From assembly GCF_009914755.1 (NCBI RefSeq), contig NC_060931.1: a DNA stretch of 64,000 bases. The stretch is one strand, 5' to 3'. The notes below the pieces were generated by a model. The model was not told where the DNA came from. It did not search any database and saw nothing but the letters and a program-made list of their open reading frames with translations. Made by a program: the position numbers and the translations under genes. Of this stretch, positions 60,169-64,000 are shown piece after piece (the stretch's first letter is position 1; every line of letters starts with the position of its first letter). Source of the DNA: the human T2T-CHM13v2.0 reference genome, Homo sapiens.

Positions 60169-60846
60169 ATGCTGGGTTCTATTGTGAGAGATTTATATAA
60201 ACTAGCTTGTTTAATAGTTACACAAGCTCTATAAGGTAAGTACTATTTTTTTAGTTCTCTCTACTTTACAGATTAGGGGGAATAAAACACAGAAATTACA
60301 TGATTTTCTGAATACAGAAAGATTATTACATAAAGCAAGTAAGCATTAGGGGCCAGGATTTGATGCCAGCACTTGGGTCAGTGCTCTGTGGCCTCCCAGT
60401 GAGTTATCCGTTAACCACCACTCCCTACCATCTCTCTGCACAAGAATGCACAAAGGCACACATTTAAAAATATAATGTCAGAACATGCCTCTAACATTTA
60501 TTATTATTCCAGTTGAAATTCATCTCATCAGACTTGCCTGCTAGAAGCATTACCTTTGTGTCAAGGGCTGAGACATTTAAAAGTTTTGTTTTTCTTATAA
60601 TAGCAGCAGCTAAGTTCCATTTTTAGGCGTGCACATATTGAACCATGGTGTGAATTGCGATAGTAAGGTTTTAGAGTCTATAAATAATGCCTAGTGAAAT
60701 TGGAGCCATTCAGTCCCTAGAAATATTTATGCCTATCTGTGGCTATTTGTCTATTTGCATGATTATCCTTGCCATTATCCTCCAGGCTCTGAAAATACAC
60801 ACTGAAAGGTTTCTTACCAGCTTGTTCATGTCTGGATTCACATTAA

Positions 60847-61074
<228 letters not shown>

Positions 61075-64000
61075 TGAGAGTAGCTGTGTCTGTTCTATCT
61101 GGTATTGTGCAATTAATTTGTTTTCGTTTTTGCAGTAAGGTATTTGCAAATACTGTAAAGTCCAAATCATAGTAGAAACTGGAACACAGACTGAAAGCCA
61201 AACAATGAAGCCTGGTCTACTTTCTGTTAAATGTGTGGTCTCTTTTTATTAAGTTCTTGAAGCTTTCAGTTTGAATCTGTTTGCTTTAATTTTCTCGTCC
61301 AGAATGGTGTGGCATTTTTTTTCCATTTATAATTTCTGTCACGTGATTGGAAAATAAAATGAAACAAAGCACTTCTAGGCAATTTTTTTTTATTTCAAGG
61401 GAAGCTACAGATCAAAGGAGAGCTATTGTGTGAACCATGCATCTTCATGAGAAGAAACATTCACATCATTGAGAAATATTGGCAGGAGTTAGGAAGGGAC
61501 AACATTATCATCAAAATCCCATTGTAACTCAAGCTCTCCTGATTCTGTAAAATGGTAGGGTTGGATGCAAATAAGTTCAGATACAAAAAAAATCCAGATT
61601 TTATTAAGAAATGGTTTTAATGGATAGCAACAGTATTTCTGTACAACAAAAGTTTCCATTTCAACTTACTGTGTTTCCTAGATACAAGAACCATAGCACT
61701 TTGCAGAAATTAAAAGACTCTCTTGTTGGGTTGGTTTTTGCTGTTTTGTAGTTATTGGTGCCTTTAACATGAGTTGTTAGTAGATTCTTGATGAGGAAAG
61801 AATGACAATAGCATCTATGGAAATCTTGAACTTCTGTGAATACTAGAAATTTCTTTTAAAGGGAGATTTCGTAATTGTCTGATGTAGTTAGTACCCTCAT
61901 CAGACAATAACCTCTAGTAAACCAACTGAGAATGATAAGCTTTTCCTATAACTTGCCTGTCTATACATCCTATATGTGTATTCTTCTACAAAACATTTTT
62001 TTAATTACCACTCTCTTTATAGCAGCCTGGATATTGATCATTGCCATATTTTAAAACCTGTAAGTTATGTTTTTCTTGTACTAAAGGGCATGGTGGAATT
62101 TTTTCAAGGTCAAAAACCATGTAAATAAAACCTTCCTAGCTCAAAACTAATCATACAGGTCCTGTTATCTAATTATTCCCCTAGTAATCTCCCTTCTATT
62201 GCTTCACATTGAACTACGCCTTTTCTCCCCCTTTCCTCTGTCCATTCCACTGTGCTTGTTTATCCAACTCATCCATCTTGACCATTTAATTCTATCCTTA
62301 ACTTCTCAAACCTGAAGGAGGGAAGCCCCGCCCCTCCCACAGAGACATGCACTCTAATGGATTTGAAATATGCTCATATCTATTATGTGTAAAATGTGTA
62401 GTATTGTTCTGTGTTTATACATGTTTTTAATTTACATCAATGGCATTCTATACAATTGCAAAAATACAAAGAAGGACTAGAAAAGCTGGCATCTATTGAT
62501 TTCCTAATGTGTTCATTATGTTGATTTGCCCCCTTTTATCTTTATTTCTGCTTTTTTTTTTTTCAAAATCGTCCATTACCTCACCAATCCAGTTTTGTAT
62601 GAATAAGCTTTTTATGATTACTTTAGCTCCGACTTTTTTTAACATCAAAAGTTCCCTGGCCTATTTCCACATTCTAAAGTTGTAATACAATTCCTTATTT
62701 AAATATGTTGCTTTATTAACTGAGTAAATTCTGCTGTGTGACAGAGTCAATCGCCTGAGGGATATGTCACGCATCAGTCTCATTATAGAAACGCTGTAGC
62801 AAATGTTTTATTCTTGTCTCCTAGCCTTTGTGTAAAAGAAACTATATTTTGCCTATTAACTATGCATCCAAAACAAAAGGTAAAAAAAATGCTTATTTTA
62901 TGAAAAGTACTGGTATCACTGATTTTTTTTAAAAGTGGCTTTTAATTTATCAAATAAGTATCAAGAACTACCTAACTTTGCTTTACTATACAAACGAATG
63001 AAGCAAAGGAAACAGTGACACAGAACTTACCTTTAAGAAATTAAATTTTAGTAGGAAAGATACCTGATAATAATAGTACCTACAGACAAAGGGCTATTCG
63101 AAACCACAGAGAATCTATTTCTCTGACGCTTGCCTAAGAGAATTTCATTCCATTAAATTTTATAAAGAAACCTAAAGCATTTGAAGGATCAAACAATCAA
63201 CATCACTGAAGTCCATATATTTACAGTAAATAATAGTGCGGGAGGAGTCAGGAGTGGAGCACAGATATGGCAACCTCCCACTTTAATCTGTCAGAGCAGT
63301 GACTTCCTACAAAGTTCTGTAAATGTTTTGACTGCACCACAGTGTTAAATGTATGGCTAGGCCTGAGTTTCTACAACTCGTGTTTTAGTAAATACGATGA
63401 AGTTTCTGTTACAAAATAGAATGGACATTTTTTTTCCCCCCAAAGACAGCTGCCCTACACAAAAGGGAACAGAAAGATGATTTTACTTCCTTCCTACCCT
63501 GAAGCCTAATGGCAAAGTTGCTTTGCAAATTTTTTTCTCCCAAGAGTTTGCAGCTGTTTCTGTCTTTCCTATTGTGCTTATGTTCAGCTCTGGCTGGGAA
63601 CACAAGCTACAGCCCCAGCTGTTGGGTGCAAAGTGAATCAGGTATTTCACAGTGGTCATTTGATTAGAAAGAATTATATTGTTTAGCTAACAACATTTTG
63701 TGTATGGCAGGGAAGACATTTTTGACATGTTCCTAACATTTAATGATGTGTAACTTATCTTGTACAGGTGCAGCTATATCTGAAAATACTGATGCATACA
63801 TATATTTAAGTCTCAATATCTGCAGAGCCATGTCAATGTAGATGAAGATTTAAAAATAATTTTTATTTGCATGATCACTCTCTTGGGATACTTCGAAGTA
63901 AAATAGTAGGATAAGCAATGTTTGAGATAGTGTAAGTGAACAATGAGAACGTGCCTTCTTACAGACTGGGGAAGGAGATGTAGAACAGAGTCAGACTTGG

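Noticed and set aside
61140-61153. Perfect 14-bp palindrome GTATTTGCAAATAC
   Set aside because: Several palindromes of this size are expected by chance in 64 kb (64000/4^7 is about 4).

Overview
This is human genomic DNA from the 5' part of the MET proto-oncogene (HGF receptor tyrosine kinase, 7q31) on the + strand. It contains the CpG-island promoter, non-coding exon 1 (~1305-1686), the 1214-nt exon 2 (28180-29393; ATG at 28194, codons 1-400), exon 3 (60871-61062; codons 401-464) and the start of intron 3. The introns hold Alu, MIR, L2, LTR and DNA-transposon relics and microsatellites. The main accessory element is a full-length antisense L1PA2-type LINE-1 in intron 2 (47601-53590, 13-bp TSD). 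Its ORF1 and ORF2 are dead, but its antisense ORF0 is intact, with an unusually consensus-like splice donor and a MIR-derived 76-nt cryptic exon just downstream. Together these form an L1-MET 'gene-breaking' module that could make a 59-aa chimeric micropeptide and is one TAG away from an in-frame ORF0-MET fusion. Other notable signals: exon-2 circularisation gives a 404-aa ORF whose stop overlaps its own start (TAATG), with opposite-orientation Alus on either side including a human-specific AluYa5; a uORF is in frame with MET; a U7 snRNA retrocopy sits ~700 nt before exon 3; intron 1 has a bistable double hairpin with four TGGGAA motifs; intron 2 has non-B-DNA tracts. Repeat family names come from recalled consensus sequences, not a database search, and boundaries of old repeats are approximate. 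Most ORF-track entries are spurious.
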